Shown here: piece after piece, positions 10,957-23,797 of the stretch
How positions within the stretch are numbered: position 1 is the stretch's first letter
Layout: each line of letters opens with the position of its first letter
NCBI GenBank assembly: GCA_951406725.2
Contig: OX597833.1
Location: forward strand, 44,082,001-44,146,000
DNA: 64,000 nt
Origin: Octopus vulgaris
Lineage: Eukaryota
Reading direction: 5' to 3'
Notes under the pieces: model-generated
Seen by the model: only the letters and a program-made list of their open reading frames with translations
Database searches by the model: none
Told to the model about the DNA's origin: nothing
Program-made: the position numbers and the translations under genes

Positions 10957-13114
10957 CTGTAACAGAGAGAGAAAATATATTTCATTCTAATTTTGATACA
11001 AGGGCAGAAAGTTTGGAGGAGGGGAAATCCATTACGTCGACTCCAGTACTCAACATTTACTTATTTTATCGACCCCGAAAAGATGAAAGACAAAGTCAAG
11101 CCGGACAAAATGCCGCTAAGCATTTTTGCGGCGTGCACACGATTCTGCCAGCTCGCCGCCACAGAAAACATAATCAAGGAGATTGGGAATTTACCTAAAC
11201 ATGTGTAAACAATGAAAAACAAAAACTATAACAACAGGAAAATTATAGCAACAAATTTCCCTACCAGAGGAAAATGCATCCAGAGGCAACCAAGTAACCC
11301 ACAGATCCTGAGTCACCCTGCTCACCAATATTGTCATGGTAAATGCTTCTCTCTCCGCCGTGCTTCTCAAACTACAAGCTCACGCTTAGTCTAGGGTAAT
11401 TCATCCACTGTCCAACGAATTTACTTGGAGGAAGCACCTCCTTTTGCATGCTTATTTTCGTTTCTAACTGGAACTTGAAAAGTCATGAGAGTTTACCACA
11501 CGATCACTTTCGCCATGACCTCCTGGTAGATGTAATAAACGAAAAGTGACAGGGCGATTTTCATTATATAAAATATAACCGGATCCATCTGGCAAATGAT
11601 TGCGGCTGCTCCACGTAAATCTTCAAGACAGCGACGCTCAAGAATTGTACGATCGATTGAAGGACACTTTTATGGCGCGGTGTGCTCTTGAGCGGATGTG
11701 GCTAAAGGCAATGCCACGCTTGTAGGCTTTACCCCGTATCGGCAGTGTCTTACAATATCACTGCCAGGCGAAGGATTTTTAGAATTAAATCATAGACTCC
11801 GGCTCGAAAGTTCTTCGGACAAAACAAGTGTATTGTTTTTCCTACGCCCTCAGATTTCCCTCGACGACGTCGTTGCTCTTATTCCCCAGTAATCATTTAT
11901 AGATTGGTTTGGTTACACGCAGTATATAACGTAGTATAACATTTTCGCCGTTGTTAGCCCAGACCATGTTCAAATTGACAACAGTATCGATCTATTGCAT
12001 TTCAATCTGTTTTAGGTTTAGGGTTAGTTAGGGTTAGGGTTTGGGGTGGGGGGAAGGGTATCTTTTTTACTTCAGAAATGTAAATAATCCCAATCTGTTT
12101 CTTAAACGAGGGACAGATTCATACGGCACAGAATATTTTTTACCTCAATAGATGTCATTGATTGGTTGAAATTGCAGAAATTGAAGAAGAAAAAACAACA
12201 ACAAATAACCTACAAACTATAGAATTGTCTCAATAAAGCCAAGAGAAAAAGATGTCTACCATACGAAGTTTCAAAGTGTTTTGTTGCGTGGAAATTATTT
12301 TTAAAAAACTGCCGTTCAAACCGAAAAGATCCTGTACCGTTTCATTTCCAATCCCTTCTGCTTCACCCGTAAGTTACCTTGTGGTATGTGTAGCAGCAAT
12401 CCAGACTGCTCGGGGAGTGGAGTAAATCCTTTTTTTTTCTGAACTGCCTCGATGACCTTACAATAAAGAAGGAGCTTCGATAAGGTAGAAATCCTTGTAA
12501 GCCTACCACTCCCGACGATTCCCTTTGGCCTGAATCAACCGAGTCGGAAGAATGCTTAGGAAGCTGTTCAAGCAGCTAGGTCAGCAAGGTCAGCTAGGTC
12601 ATCCAGTGTCCAGTGTAGCGCCATATTGAAAAATCAATTAGAAAAATACCAAACAAATGTAGTAAGAAAAAGAAAATGTCTTGACTGTTCTTCCCTTTTT
12701 TTTCTCTCTCTCTCTCTCTTTCTCTCCTCCTACGTTCTTTCTCTATATCTTTGTCCCTTTCACTCCCTCCCTCTCACTTTTCCATGACGTTCTTCTTAAT
12801 CTTTTACTATTAACTCCTTCTTGCCAATCTTCCTTCTTCTCTCCCTTTCTTACTTTCATATCCTTATAACTTTCCCTCACTTTCCTCTCCCGCGTCCTAA
12901 GTCGGCGTCTTTTTCTTAATCACAATACTTCTTTCACCCAATCTCTCAGTACTTCGAAATTCTCTATCTTTCTTTACATCTTTGTATGTGTATATGTGTG
13001 AGTGTGTGTTTTTGCGTGCGCATGTGCGTGCGTGCTTGTGTGCGTGTGTGTGTACTTAAGTTTCCGTTTTTAAGAATATTTACTTCCGGTTTTCTAGCGT
13101 CCGTGACATTTATA

Positions 13115-13511
13115 TCTTTATATATAAAAGTGAAGTTGTGTGTCTCTCTCCTACAATTTAGATCCCTAACTACTCCCACATTTTGCGGTGCAGTATAACC
13201 AAAACCGGGTATCTTATAGTCGTGATTTATATCCAGCCCTTCTGGGTATTAGCGTGCGTCTACGATGAGTCTACGATTAAAAAAAAAAATTAACATCATT
13301 TTTTTCATTTTAATGCATTTTTTCGCTCTTATATAAGGGAAGTAACTCTCTAAAAATGTCTACGATGAGTCAACGATTTAAAAGAAAATTTACCATCATA
13401 ATTTTTCCATTTTTAATGCATCATTTTGCTATCTTTTGGCTATAACTCTCTATAAATGCATATATAGTTATTTCCCTTACAAACCCGAGCAACGCCGGGC
13501 GATACTGCTAG
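13115..13511 (+). mobile_element. non-autonomous Helitron, copy-A specific
   Basis: 5' TC, 3' hairpin cccg-agcaacgc-cggg then CTAG, inserted at A|T with no TSD; empty site at ~39690 in copy B; 3' end resembles the Helitron at 1-1264. Confidence 0.88.
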
Positions 13512-13636
13512 TCTCTATATATATCTCTTTATCCATCTATCTATTTATCTCAATCTCTCTATATTTCTCTATCTATATCTCACTATCTATCTGTCTATAT
13601 CTTATCTATCTACCTATTTATCTATCTATCTATCTA

Positions 13637-13669
<33 letters not shown>

Positions 13670-13692
13670 ATCTACCTATTTATCTATCCATC

Positions 13693-13754
<62 letters not shown>

Positions 13755-14032
13755 AGTTTTACCTTACTTCTCGGAGCAGAAAAGAGAAAGAGACAGAGAT
13801 AGAGAGAGAGAGAGAAAGAGAAAGATAGAGAGAAAAAAAGAAAGAAACAGAAAGATGGGACTTTCAGTTCACTCACACTTCAAGTTGGACATGCGTTTTT
13901 CTCTCTATTTCTGTTATGTTTAGCCATTTCGACTATGCTATTTGTAAGAGATATCTTTTCGTAAAATTTCTGCTTTCTGGAAGCCGACAATCATTTCTCC
14001 TCCTGCCTTATACCTGTCACACAAGATCAATA

Positions 14033-14078
14033 ATGTTGTTAGTTATGATGTTACTGATGTCTTCTTACACTTCGGCTT
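14033..14078 (+). CDS. gene A exon 1: signal peptide MLLVMMLLMSSYTSA
   Basis: ATG, hydrophobic core, T-S-A cleavage motif, phase-1 donor T|gtaagt that joins in frame to the Ig exon; conserved in copy B. Confidence 0.75.
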
Positions 14079-14191
14079 GTAAGTTAATATTAAGAAACAT
14101 AATATTTTTTTCTGTTACAAAACTGAATCTTCTTCTCTGAGATAACATGCTTTCATCTTTGAAAGACACAGTATACACACACGCACACACA

Positions 14192-14233
<42 letters not shown>

Positions 14234-14274
14234 TTATCTACACAGCGACATATACTTTTCAACAGCGTCACCAC

Positions 14275-14890
14275 AAATACCTATTTCTTTACTGCCCACA
14301 AGGGGGCTACACACAGAGAGGGGACAACCAAGCATAGACATAGTTATTAAGTCGATTACATCAACCCCCAGTGCGTAACTGGTACTTAATTTATCGACCC
14401 CGAAAGGATGAAAGGCAAAGTCGACCTCGGCGGAATTTGAACTCAGAATGTAACAGCAGACGAAATACTTATTTCTTTATTACCCACAAGGGGCTACACA
14501 CAGAGAGGGGACAAACAAGGACAGACACAGGTATTAAGTCGATTACATCGACCCTCAGTAAGTAACTGGTACTTAATTTATCGACTCCGAAAGGATGAAA
14601 TGCAAAGTCGACCTCGGCGGAATTTGAACTCAGAACGTAACGGCAGACGAAATACCTATTTGTTTACTACCCACAAGGGGCGCTTACACAGAGAGGGGAC
14701 AAACAAGGACAGACATAAGTATTAAGTCGATTACATCGACCCCCAGTGCGTAAGTGGTACTTAATTTATCGACCCCGAAAGGATGAAAGACAAAGTCGAC
14801 CTCGGCGGAATTTGAACTCATAACGTAACGGCAGACGAAATACGGCTACGCATTTCGCCCGGCGTGTTAACGTTTCTGCCAGCTCGCCAC
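14275..14890 (-). mobile_element. tandem array of ~3 tRNA-SINE units (single unit in copy B at ~40550-40785; family also at ~33000-33225, 58875-59110)
   Basis: Repeated unit cccacaaggggc..gtcgattacatcgacccc..atcgaccccgaaaggatgaaaggcaaagtcgacctcggcggaatttgaactcag; minus-strand tRNA-like head. Confidence 0.8.
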
Positions 14891-15370
14891 AAATACCATA
14901 ATACGAACAACACAACACACTGTTTAATTCAGTACACACACCACACACCATCATGCACACTCTCACACCCACACAAACACATAATATCCAAACACAGAGA
15001 ATATATAGATACACACGCAACACGCATAAACACGCATAAACACGCATTGACACGGATAACATTCGCTCACAAAAATACACTATAGATGTGCACGCTATTT
15101 GATTACAGATAAACGCACACACACACACACACATACACACGTGCACACACCACCTGAATAAGCTCACATAAACGGCTACACGTGCAACACAACAGACACA
15201 CGCGCACACAGACACGTTAACTTCACAAATATACACACGTCCATATGCACACACACACACGTCCATATGCACACACACACACACACATACAGAGGAATAC
15301 ACAAAACGCACATTTCTCCACACAACACATACACTAGGTTAATTTTACGCACAAACACGAACACACACAC

Positions 15371-15402
<32 letters not shown>

Positions 15403-15441
15403 GCATACATACATACATACATACATACATACATACATACA

Positions 15442-15472
<31 letters not shown>

Positions 15473-15565
15473 GTACGTAAGTACGTACGTACGTACGTAC
15501 ATACATACATACATACATACATACATACATACATACATACATACATACATACATACATACATACA

Positions 15566-15600
<35 letters not shown>

Positions 15601-15705
15601 CCCGTTCTGTCAGTGTTTGTAAAAGTTTATAAAGACAGTATTTTTCAACTGATTTCCTCCTGACTGCGAACGTACGATACTTATGTTCCAGGGATGGCTT
15701 TAGAC

Positions 15706-16003
15706 CAGTGGTTTTTAACCAGGGTTCCGCGGAACCTTAGGGTTCTACCAGTACAGTCCAGGGGTTCCGCAAGAAGTTACAAAACTGCTAGGATCTTTTC
15801 ATTTTGAAAGCCAGATTTTTCAGTTTTTTTCTAATGAACTAAATAACGCAAGAAGTTACAAAACTGCTAAAATCGGCTGTAATTTTTAATTCTCCTGTGC
15901 AGATATGTGTGCATAAGACTATTAAATTATGGCACAGGGGTTCCTCGAGCCATTGGAATGTTTCCTTGGGGTTCCACTCCAGCAAAAACTTTGAAAAGCA
16001 CTC
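15706..16003. mobile_element. hAT-type MITE (copy B: 41382-41599)
   Basis: cagtg...cactg termini; 8-bp TSD ctttagac clearly on both sides in copy B. Confidence 0.8.
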
Positions 16004-16504
16004 TCTTTAGACTCTTAAATTTTCTCACAATATCAGTAACGTGCCCCTTGGGAGCAGAAAAATACATATATCCGAATGCACACACTCACACCAACCAGTA
16101 CATGGAATGCATGTCACTTCACATAATGTACACACTGACACACAGAAGTCCACATAATTTTCAGCTAACCCACTCATACTTACTCACACACTAGCATCCA
16201 TTCACATAAACACGTTCATGGACACCGTCCTCCCAAACACACACGCGCTTGTGCACCTAAACGCCTTGCATATTACCGTTATCCTTATTATTATTATCTC
16301 ACTTTCATTCAACCTCTATTTTCCGGTCATCTCGCCATGTTGGACAATTTTTCTCTGCACTTCCGTTTCTTTCCCAATTTTCTTTATTCTTTCACAGTTT
16401 TCATCATTCTCTCTCCGTTCTTTTTCCTCTTAATTCTTTCTGTCGAAAAGCATAAGCTTTTGCTTTCATCCCGATAATAATACACCTGCTGTCTTCGTCT
16501 TCTG

Positions 16505-16555
<51 letters not shown>

Positions 16556-16850
16556 ATATATATATATATGATATATATATATATGATATTAGCCGGTGTT
16601 TTTCAAACGATGAATAGCTTTGCGTAAACCATGGATCGTTTTGTTCTCTTACTTTGTTATCATCTTATAATCATCTCATAATAATAACTTTTATGACTCG
16701 TATTACTACCCCAGTCAATCTAAATGTATATATTTGTCGTTACCTGTCATAATAGCCTTTTTTTTTATTTGCAATGTGCATTTTCGTAGATTTTTCATAT
16801 TTTACCCTTACATTTCCACGTGTATTTTATTTCTTTTTATAACATATTTC

Positions 16851-16904
<54 letters not shown>

Positions 16905-16911
<7 letters not shown>

Positions 16912-17700
16912 TAAAGTTCAGCAAAATTTAGATCCAGATGAAAGTTAAAGGCACCAGAATTTGGTATGGTATTATCCATATAAATCAAATGGGGTGATTA
17001 TAATCAAAATAAGCAACAAGGATATCCAAGGTAGTGTAGTACAATTCTTTCATGCTACTTCATTTTATTAAACATTGTAAGTATTACGTCAGTTGTTAAA
17101 TGTCGAGCAATCTTCAGCCACATATAGAAGTTTTTTTTAATTAAATGGGCAATGAACATATTTATACTTATTTCATTTGCCAACATTACAAAGAAGGTAG
17201 ATATATAGACAAAGAGGTTAATTTCATCATTAAGAACGTGGTGATAGTTTGTCCTTCTCCATTGGTAGATTTCTTATCACTGAGTTCACTTTTCTATTTA
17301 GATCTATCAGTGGGGAGTGGGTTTTTTTATCTTGGTTCAATGGAGACAAACAAGAATTTTCTATTTATTGATAGAGGATGGGGTAGTACAAATGTCAAAA
17401 CCATAAATCCATCCTTATTATGAAGAATTTAACTTAAGCATATTTGAATGTATTTTAGCAAAAGTTTGTAGGCTGAAGTGTATGGTTTTGACATTTGTAC
17501 TACCCTTTCCTCTATCTATAAATGTTAACATTTGACATTATTGACCGAGGTTACCGTGGTATTTTCCGAAGGCTTTTCTTTCCACGGATAAACCCTATTT
17601 ACTTTCCCCCTTACACTTTACATCATGACATTACTGTGATACACGATCCCTATTGATCGTTATTTTTCTTTCTTTCCCTTTTACGATCCCTTTTGATCCA
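16905..17700 (-). mobile_element. (TA)n-adjacent Penelope-type element with degenerate hammerhead (17035-17122) and internal inverted repeat; copy B ~42650-43330
   Basis: Minus strand TGTGG-CTGAAGA-t-TGCT...AGCA-t-GAAAG-AATT-GTA-CTACA; inverted repeat ~17370-17406 / 17482-17517. Confidence 0.55.
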
Positions 17701-17803
17701 AAACCTACCCCACCATTTTTTCTCCCCCCCCCCCCATAAAGAACAGCTCTACTTTGTAATCCGTCCCGTCTGTGTGCAGCCCTGTGTGGCTAATAAAGAA
17801 ACA

Positions 17804-17878
<75 letters not shown>

Positions 17879-18294
17879 TCATCTCTCTCTCTCTCTCTCT
17901 CTGTATTATATATATATCTTTCATCTTTTGTCTTTTACTTACTTCAGTCATTAGACTGCAGTCATGCTGGGGCACCGTCTTGAGATTTTAATCGATTGAA
18001 TAGACCCCATTACTTATAATTTAAGCCTGGTACTTATTCTATCGGTCTCTTTTGTCACACCCGTAAGTTACGGAGATGTAAAAACATCAACACTAGTTGT
18101 CAAGTGGTGATGGGGAGAAAAACACAGACATACACAGACAGATATATATATATACATATATACATAGATACACATATATATACATATATTTGCAACAGGC
18201 TTCTTTCAGTTTCCGTCTACCAAATCCACTCACAAGGCTTTGCTCGGCTTGAGGCTATAGTAGAAGATACTTGCTGAAGGTGTCACTATTAATC

Positions 18295-19360
18295 AAAAAC
18301 AGCATTACATCTCTATACAGTCCACCTTTAATATCTGGAAATTTATTACTAAAATAAAATAGAATGTATAGATCAGAATCAGCAGATCCCATGGTAATGT
18401 CCAATAATCATTGCTACTTTCTCTAGCCCAGGACTTATTATCAACTAAAATAATAGATTTTTGAACTCCCAAACTTACTTTAATTTCTTTAAAATAACGT
18501 TAGATTTTTTTCTAGCAGATGAAAAGCATTATTAAGCACAACAGGATTAATAGAAGAATAATAGTTATTAATATATATCTGTATAAATTTACTTCTATTT
18601 TTATTATCCAGTCTAGCAAACCAATAAATAGTTTCCTGTGTATTAGACAAAAGTTCAAGTTTTATGTTTTTCTTGACTATATGTTTTTCTTAAGTATACA
18701 CATATCAAGAAAATCTTTACTTAATGTACTCAGGTCAGATCGGCCTGGGAAAATTATTCTCACTTCAGAATTAAAAAAATTGTTTTCCTTGTGATCTTTT
18801 AAATTTATCCTAGGCCTCATAGATACAAAATCTCTGTTCTATCACCAAGGTCCTTGTCATTCATAATTTTCTTAGCATCTAAGTTAATGAACCTTAAAAC
18901 TTTTTACTTACTACTTTATAATTACTAGTAATCTCTTTCTTCATTTCTTCATGATATTTTAATAGATCCTAATCATATAAGTTTCATTGCTCCATAATTC
19001 CATTTTTTTCTTTTAAGATCACATAGTAGAGAATTTAGTTTCTTTAAATTTTCAATTTCTCAGAGGGAATATTTAACAAATTTAATATTCTTGACAATAT
19101 TCCATAAATCGTCTTCAAAAGCCTCCAAATGGCGGTATGGTGGTGGAAATTTCTTCGTCTGAAAGTTCTTTTTAAAAAGTTCAGTATCTTCTTTATGAGG
19201 GTCATTTTCTGTTATAAAATCCTTTTCATGGTAAAAAGCCACCCTACGGATTCTATGAATGAATTCAAATGTCTTATTAATCAGATCCTTCATGAAATCC
19301 TTTCTAGGTTGAATAGGAAAGTCTTTTAAAGATAAGTGAATCGGTAATTTCTCCATTGAG
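18295..19360 (-). mobile_element. Penelope-like element ORF N-terminal/RT fragment, degenerate (copy B ~45060-45915)
   Basis: SLKDFPIQPRKDFMKDLINKTFEFIHRIRRVAFY...KFPP..HLEAFEDDLWNIVKNIKF resembles the N-terminus of Naiad-type PLE ORFs. Confidence 0.7.
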
Positions 19361-20442
19361 ACCAGCGAAAATATGTATTAATATTACTTAAATAATGTAC
19401 AAATATATTATTATAAATCAAACCAAGAAAAAGAACCTTTTCAATCAATATATAATAAACATTGATTTATGATGCTATTCTCCTCTAAGAAACCAAGTAA
19501 ATTTGTGTTACTTTCTTATTTACTAAGACTAAAGTTTATATTTGTACGAAAAAATAAATTAGAACAATTATTATATATAATTATATATAATTTTGAACAA
19601 TTTTGCATATATGAATGTTTCTTGTAGACCCTATAAAATTTAGCATATATCATCATATGTTCTTTCGAACTTGTATATACACATAAAAACTTAATGTGTA
19701 CATTACGGTAGTAGTTGAATAATATTCTTAACGTAGCTTTTTGTTGCAGTTGGCGTCTTCCAAGTAGTCTCACTAATTCAGTTTTAATCCAAATCAAATT
19801 TAGTTTTTAAAAATTATGTTTGACTAGTGATAAGCTACATTTAGACATAAAATACTTAAAGTCTGGTGCAGTAGAACAAAAGAGAAAAAGCGTATAGACC
19901 AAACTGGTTGACTGACGGGTAATAAAGCCCGACATCGGCATTTTGAATCCACACCATTCTTTTAATTTTGATCAAGATTTATTATATTGATATTAATATG
20001 AAAGGAAATGTTAAAGGAATATATTGGTAAAGGTTTCGTAAAATGTTATCCATTAGAAAAAAGTTATTAATTTTAATTCTCAAATTTGTATCAATTTTTG
20101 CGTGATATTAAAGGGACTAGACATGTATGAACTAAACTATTTCTTAGTTGCACACACAACAAAAGATAAACGACAACACAAATCAATACAAAGTGTTCTA
20201 TTTATTTTCTTTAGTATAAATTACTTTTTATAAAAAATGAATTTTTTTGCTTAACTTTTTGTAGTGTGGCTTTTTAAAGTCCATTCTTGAATAAATTATT
20301 TTAACAACAAGATTATTTGATAAAAATATTAAAATTTTTTAATATTTTGTCTCTATGTGCAGTACTCTATCATGTTGTAGGGCTGCTCAGAAAAGGCAAA
20401 TGATAAAAATTCTAATATTTTAAGACACTTGCTTCCCAGCTA

Positions 20443-21699
20443 CGAGGGGCGTTCAATAAGTAATGCCCCTGACCCACTTCCCATAGCAGTAGAGCAACGA
20501 AACTTGGCACAGTTATTAGGCTTTTCCTACATAGGAACTAACCAGAGTTATGCATTTCTCCCATCGTTTGATACATCTCTGGAGACCGTTTTTATAGAAG
20601 ACCCCAGCTTGGTCCTCCAACCACGACGTGACTTCAGAAATCAAGGCTGCATCTTCTGGGAAACGCTTTCCTTTCAAAATCAACTTCATGGCTTGGAAGA
20701 GGTGAAAATCAGAGGGTGCAAGGGGAGGAGTTCATAGCTGCACGCCTGTGCTTCTTATCTGGCGACACGCGAGTTGTGGACCGGAGCGTTGTCCTGCAGG
20801 AGGAGGGTGCCTTTGCTGATCTTGCCCCGCCTCTTGATTTTGATAGCTTCTCTTAATTTCCTCAAAAGTGAAGCATAATAGGCTCCTGTAATTGTGGTAC
20901 CCTTTGCCAGGAAATCTGTCATCACTACTCCGTCCTGGTTCTAGAAGACTGTGAGCATAACTTTTTGTCAGCGGAGGGCTGCACCCTTGCCTTCTTTGGA
21001 GGAGGTGAGTCACGGTGCTTTCACTGCATTGACTGGGCTTTGGTCTCTGGATCATAGTGATTGACCCAGGTTTTATCCTGTGTGATCAGTCTTTTGAAAA
21101 ATTTTGACTCATCTTCTTGGCACATCTCCAAATTCATCCTCGAGCACTCAACGCGTTCTTGCTTCTGGAAAGGTGTGAGCAACCTGGGAATCCATCTGGC
21201 AGACACCTTTTGCATATGCAAATGGTCATGAATGATAGTTTCCACAGACCGGGTACTAATCTTGACCTTATGGGCTATTTGGCAAATAGTTATGCGTTGA
21301 CCTTCCAAAATGGCATCCTCAACTTGACGGACAGACGTCTCATCAACGGCAGAAGGGGGGGCGACCAGATCTGGGAGCTGTTTCCACAGAGTTCCGACTA
21401 TGTTTGAATTCACAATGCCAGCGTTTTACAAGGTCATATGATGGGGCATCATCACCATAAGTTACGTTCATTTCATCAAAAGTCTCCCGTGGTGTGCGTC
21501 CTTTCAAATACAAAAACCAAATCACTGCTCGACACTCAACAGGCTCCATTTCACACTTGACTCAATTCAAACACCTGTAAATCAGAAACCACAATAAGTT
21601 CAGAGCTGTAATTCGCCACTTTATCTATAGATGCATAAATAAGTGCAAGGCCAAACAAATGGAAGTGGGTCAGGGGCATTACTTATTGAGCGCCCCTCG
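20443..21699 (-). mobile_element. mariner transposon with both TIRs, frameshifted, copy-A specific
   Basis: TIRs cgaggggcgttcaataag / cttattgagcgcccctcg, TA duplicated; empty site cccagc-TA-tatggctgg at ~46970; same family as 5932-7150. Confidence 0.95.
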
Positions 21700-21936
21700 T
21701 ATATGGCTGGGAAGTAAGCGTCTTACAGTGACTCCTAGAGAGAGAGAGAGACAGAGAGACAGAGAGACAGAGAGAGAGTGAGAGAGGCAGAAAGATTTCG
21801 ATAAATAAATGCATAGATATGCATGCATATATACTAATGTATAGATGTATCAACCAATATATCTATATATATAAATCTGTCTCTCTCTTTCTATATATGA
21901 TATACATGTATGTATGTATGAATGTATGCATATATA

Positions 21937-22002
<66 letters not shown>

Positions 22003-22324
22003 CATATATTTATATGTATATATGTGTGTGTGTGTGTGTATGTGTCCGTAAATACATACTTATGTATCAAGTCATTTTCAACTGAGAGGTTAGATTTATG
22101 TGCATATATTTACCAGATTGATGACATCTATCAAAGGTTTTTCTCATTGTGTTGATGAACTATTTTCTATGATTAATAAAACTGTCGGTATTTTGACGAC
22201 ACGGGTATGTTAGTATAATACAAAATATCAAAAACTATCTGCAAAGTTTTATTTGTGGATAGATGTAATCCGTATTCACAACAACCGTTATTTTTATTGG
22301 TTCTCTTTTTCCTACTTCTGTCAT

Positions 22325-22455
22325 TCTTCTTCTTCTTCTTCTTCTTCTTCTTCTTCTTCTTCTTCTTCTTCTTCTTCTTCTTCTTCTTCTTCTTCTTCTT
22401 CTTCTTCTTCTTCTTCTTCTTCTTCTTCTTCTTCTTCTTCTTCTTCTTCTTCTTC
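22325..22455 (+). repeat. (TTC)n tract just upstream of the Ig1 exon (copy B ~47660-47860)
   Basis: Direct reading. Confidence 0.95.
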
Positions 22456-22519
22456 CATAGTTACATTTATATATTTTTTATGACATCTATCTCTGATTTA
22501 TGTTTTTTTTTCTATGCAG

Positions 22520-22852
22520 TTATTGAGATTGCAGATGTGTTTCCTTCAAGGAATATTGATTTTGCACACAAAACATTCTTAACTATAAAATGTCGATATG
22601 ATATAAAAAATTTTATTCAGTTTTTTCTCGTGCGAAATCACAGTGAAGTTGTTGTTCAAATGGATTATCTATTGAAGACAGGAAATTTTGTGATAGTAAC
22701 CAGGAGAAAGGGTTTTCACTGTACTCCACCTATATCACCTATAAGTAAGATAGGTGTGATTACCTGCTCGAAACCTTCTCCCTCTTGTGAGGATGCGACA
22801 TACTACAAATGTTTAACGAATGAAGGATCTTCAAAACCTAGAGTTGTAAGAG
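22520..22852 (+). CDS. gene A exon 2: Ig-like domain 1 (V/I-type), FIEIADVFPSRNIDFAHKTFLTIKCRYD...PSCEDATYYKCLTNEGSSKPRVVR
   Basis: tttttctatgcag|...G|gtcagt; 333 nt, phase 1-1, open; B-strand LTIKC and F-strand D-A-x-Y-Y-x-C motif, Cys spacing 73 aa. Confidence 0.88.
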
Positions 22853-22989
22853 GTCAGTTTACTCGTTCTATTTTTACTTCCGTTTCTTTTTTTGCACGTA
22901 TTCAATTCCATTATCATTATTTTTATTTCTATTGCGTGTTTCTATTGCACTATCGAACACAAGTTTCATCCAATCAGGTCAATTGCCCA

Positions 22990-23330
22990 GGCCAGCATGA
23001 CTACCTCTCTCCATCACTCCCGATCTTCCATTAGTATTTTTAGGCCTTCAACTTGGCATCCAACATCTTCTGCAAGCTGTTGTATATATGTCGTCCGTAG
23101 TCTTCCAGTCGCTGTGGTACCGTGATTTGCTGCCCACAACAACTCGTTACTAACAAGTTCTTCTTTACTTCTCCAGCAATGGTCAACAAAACCCAACGTC
23201 CGCACTAAGATGATTGATGAGAAAGTTGATGCATTCCCATATAACCTTTGTTTTGTTGGGAGCTCCCTCCATTAAATGTTGGGCACTGCACGTAACCTTC
23301 TGGTGTAGGTACCGTCCAGCATGCACTTAA
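22990..23330 (-). mobile_element. RTE LINE 3' fragment (copy B ~48395-48730)
   Basis: FVDHCWRSKEELVSNELLW..HG...GRLRTTYIQQLAEDVG..LMEDRE typical RTE C-terminus. Confidence 0.75.
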
Positions 23331-23533
23331 GTCCCTCTCTTTCTTTTCTCTCTTTTACTTATTTCAGTCATTTGACTGCGGCCATGCTGGAGCACCGCCT
23401 TTAGTCGAGCAAATCGACCCCGGGACTTATTCTTTGTAAACCCAGTACTTATTCTATCGGTCTATTTTGCCGAACCGCTAAGTGATGGGGACGTAAACAC
23501 ACCAGCATCGGTTGTCAAGCAATGATAGGGGGA

Positions 23534-23605
<72 letters not shown>

Positions 23606-23797
23606 TACGACAGGTTTCTTTGAGTTTCCGTCTACCAAATCCACTCACAAGGCATTGGTTGGCCCGGGGCTATAGCAGAAGAAACTTGCCCAAGATGCCA
23701 CGCAGTGGGACTGAACCCCGAATCATGTGGTTGGTTAGCGAGCTACTTACCACACAGCCACTCCTGCGCCTATTCGTTTTTGTTTTTTTCTTTTCAG

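Noticed and set aside
12010-12045. Interstitial telomeric TTAGGG repeats
   Set aside because: Only ~3 imperfect units, internal to a MITE (also at ~38585)
13877-14013. Minus-strand candidate exon (tgacag|...|gtgagt)
   Set aside because: Stops in all three frames and the donor is deleted in copy B; it lies just upstream of the better supported plus-strand signal-peptide exon
14275-14890. CRISPR-like or regulatory repeat array
   Set aside because: Tandem SINE units without unique spacers, in eukaryotic DNA
15176-15632. Long MYVC/HTYI, YIYI, LSIY and poly-S/F ORFs here and throughout the window
   Set aside because: Translations of (ACAT)n, (TA)n, (TATC)n and (TTC)n microsatellites, not genes
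19998-20395. Alternative first exons MLKEYI / VLYHVVGLLRK
   Set aside because: Weak donors (gtaaag, gcaaat) and a poor signal peptide compared with exon 1; cannot be supported
22126-22204. Candidate exon ending at gtatgt before the Ig1 exon
   Set aside because: Its open frame is phase 0, incompatible with the phase-1 Ig exon, and the acceptor is not conserved in copy B
22255-23034. 259-aa and 283-aa (47588-48439) ORFs as single-exon genes
   Set aside because: Only the central 333 nt is exon; the N-terminal parts differ in frame between copies and run through a TTC repeat
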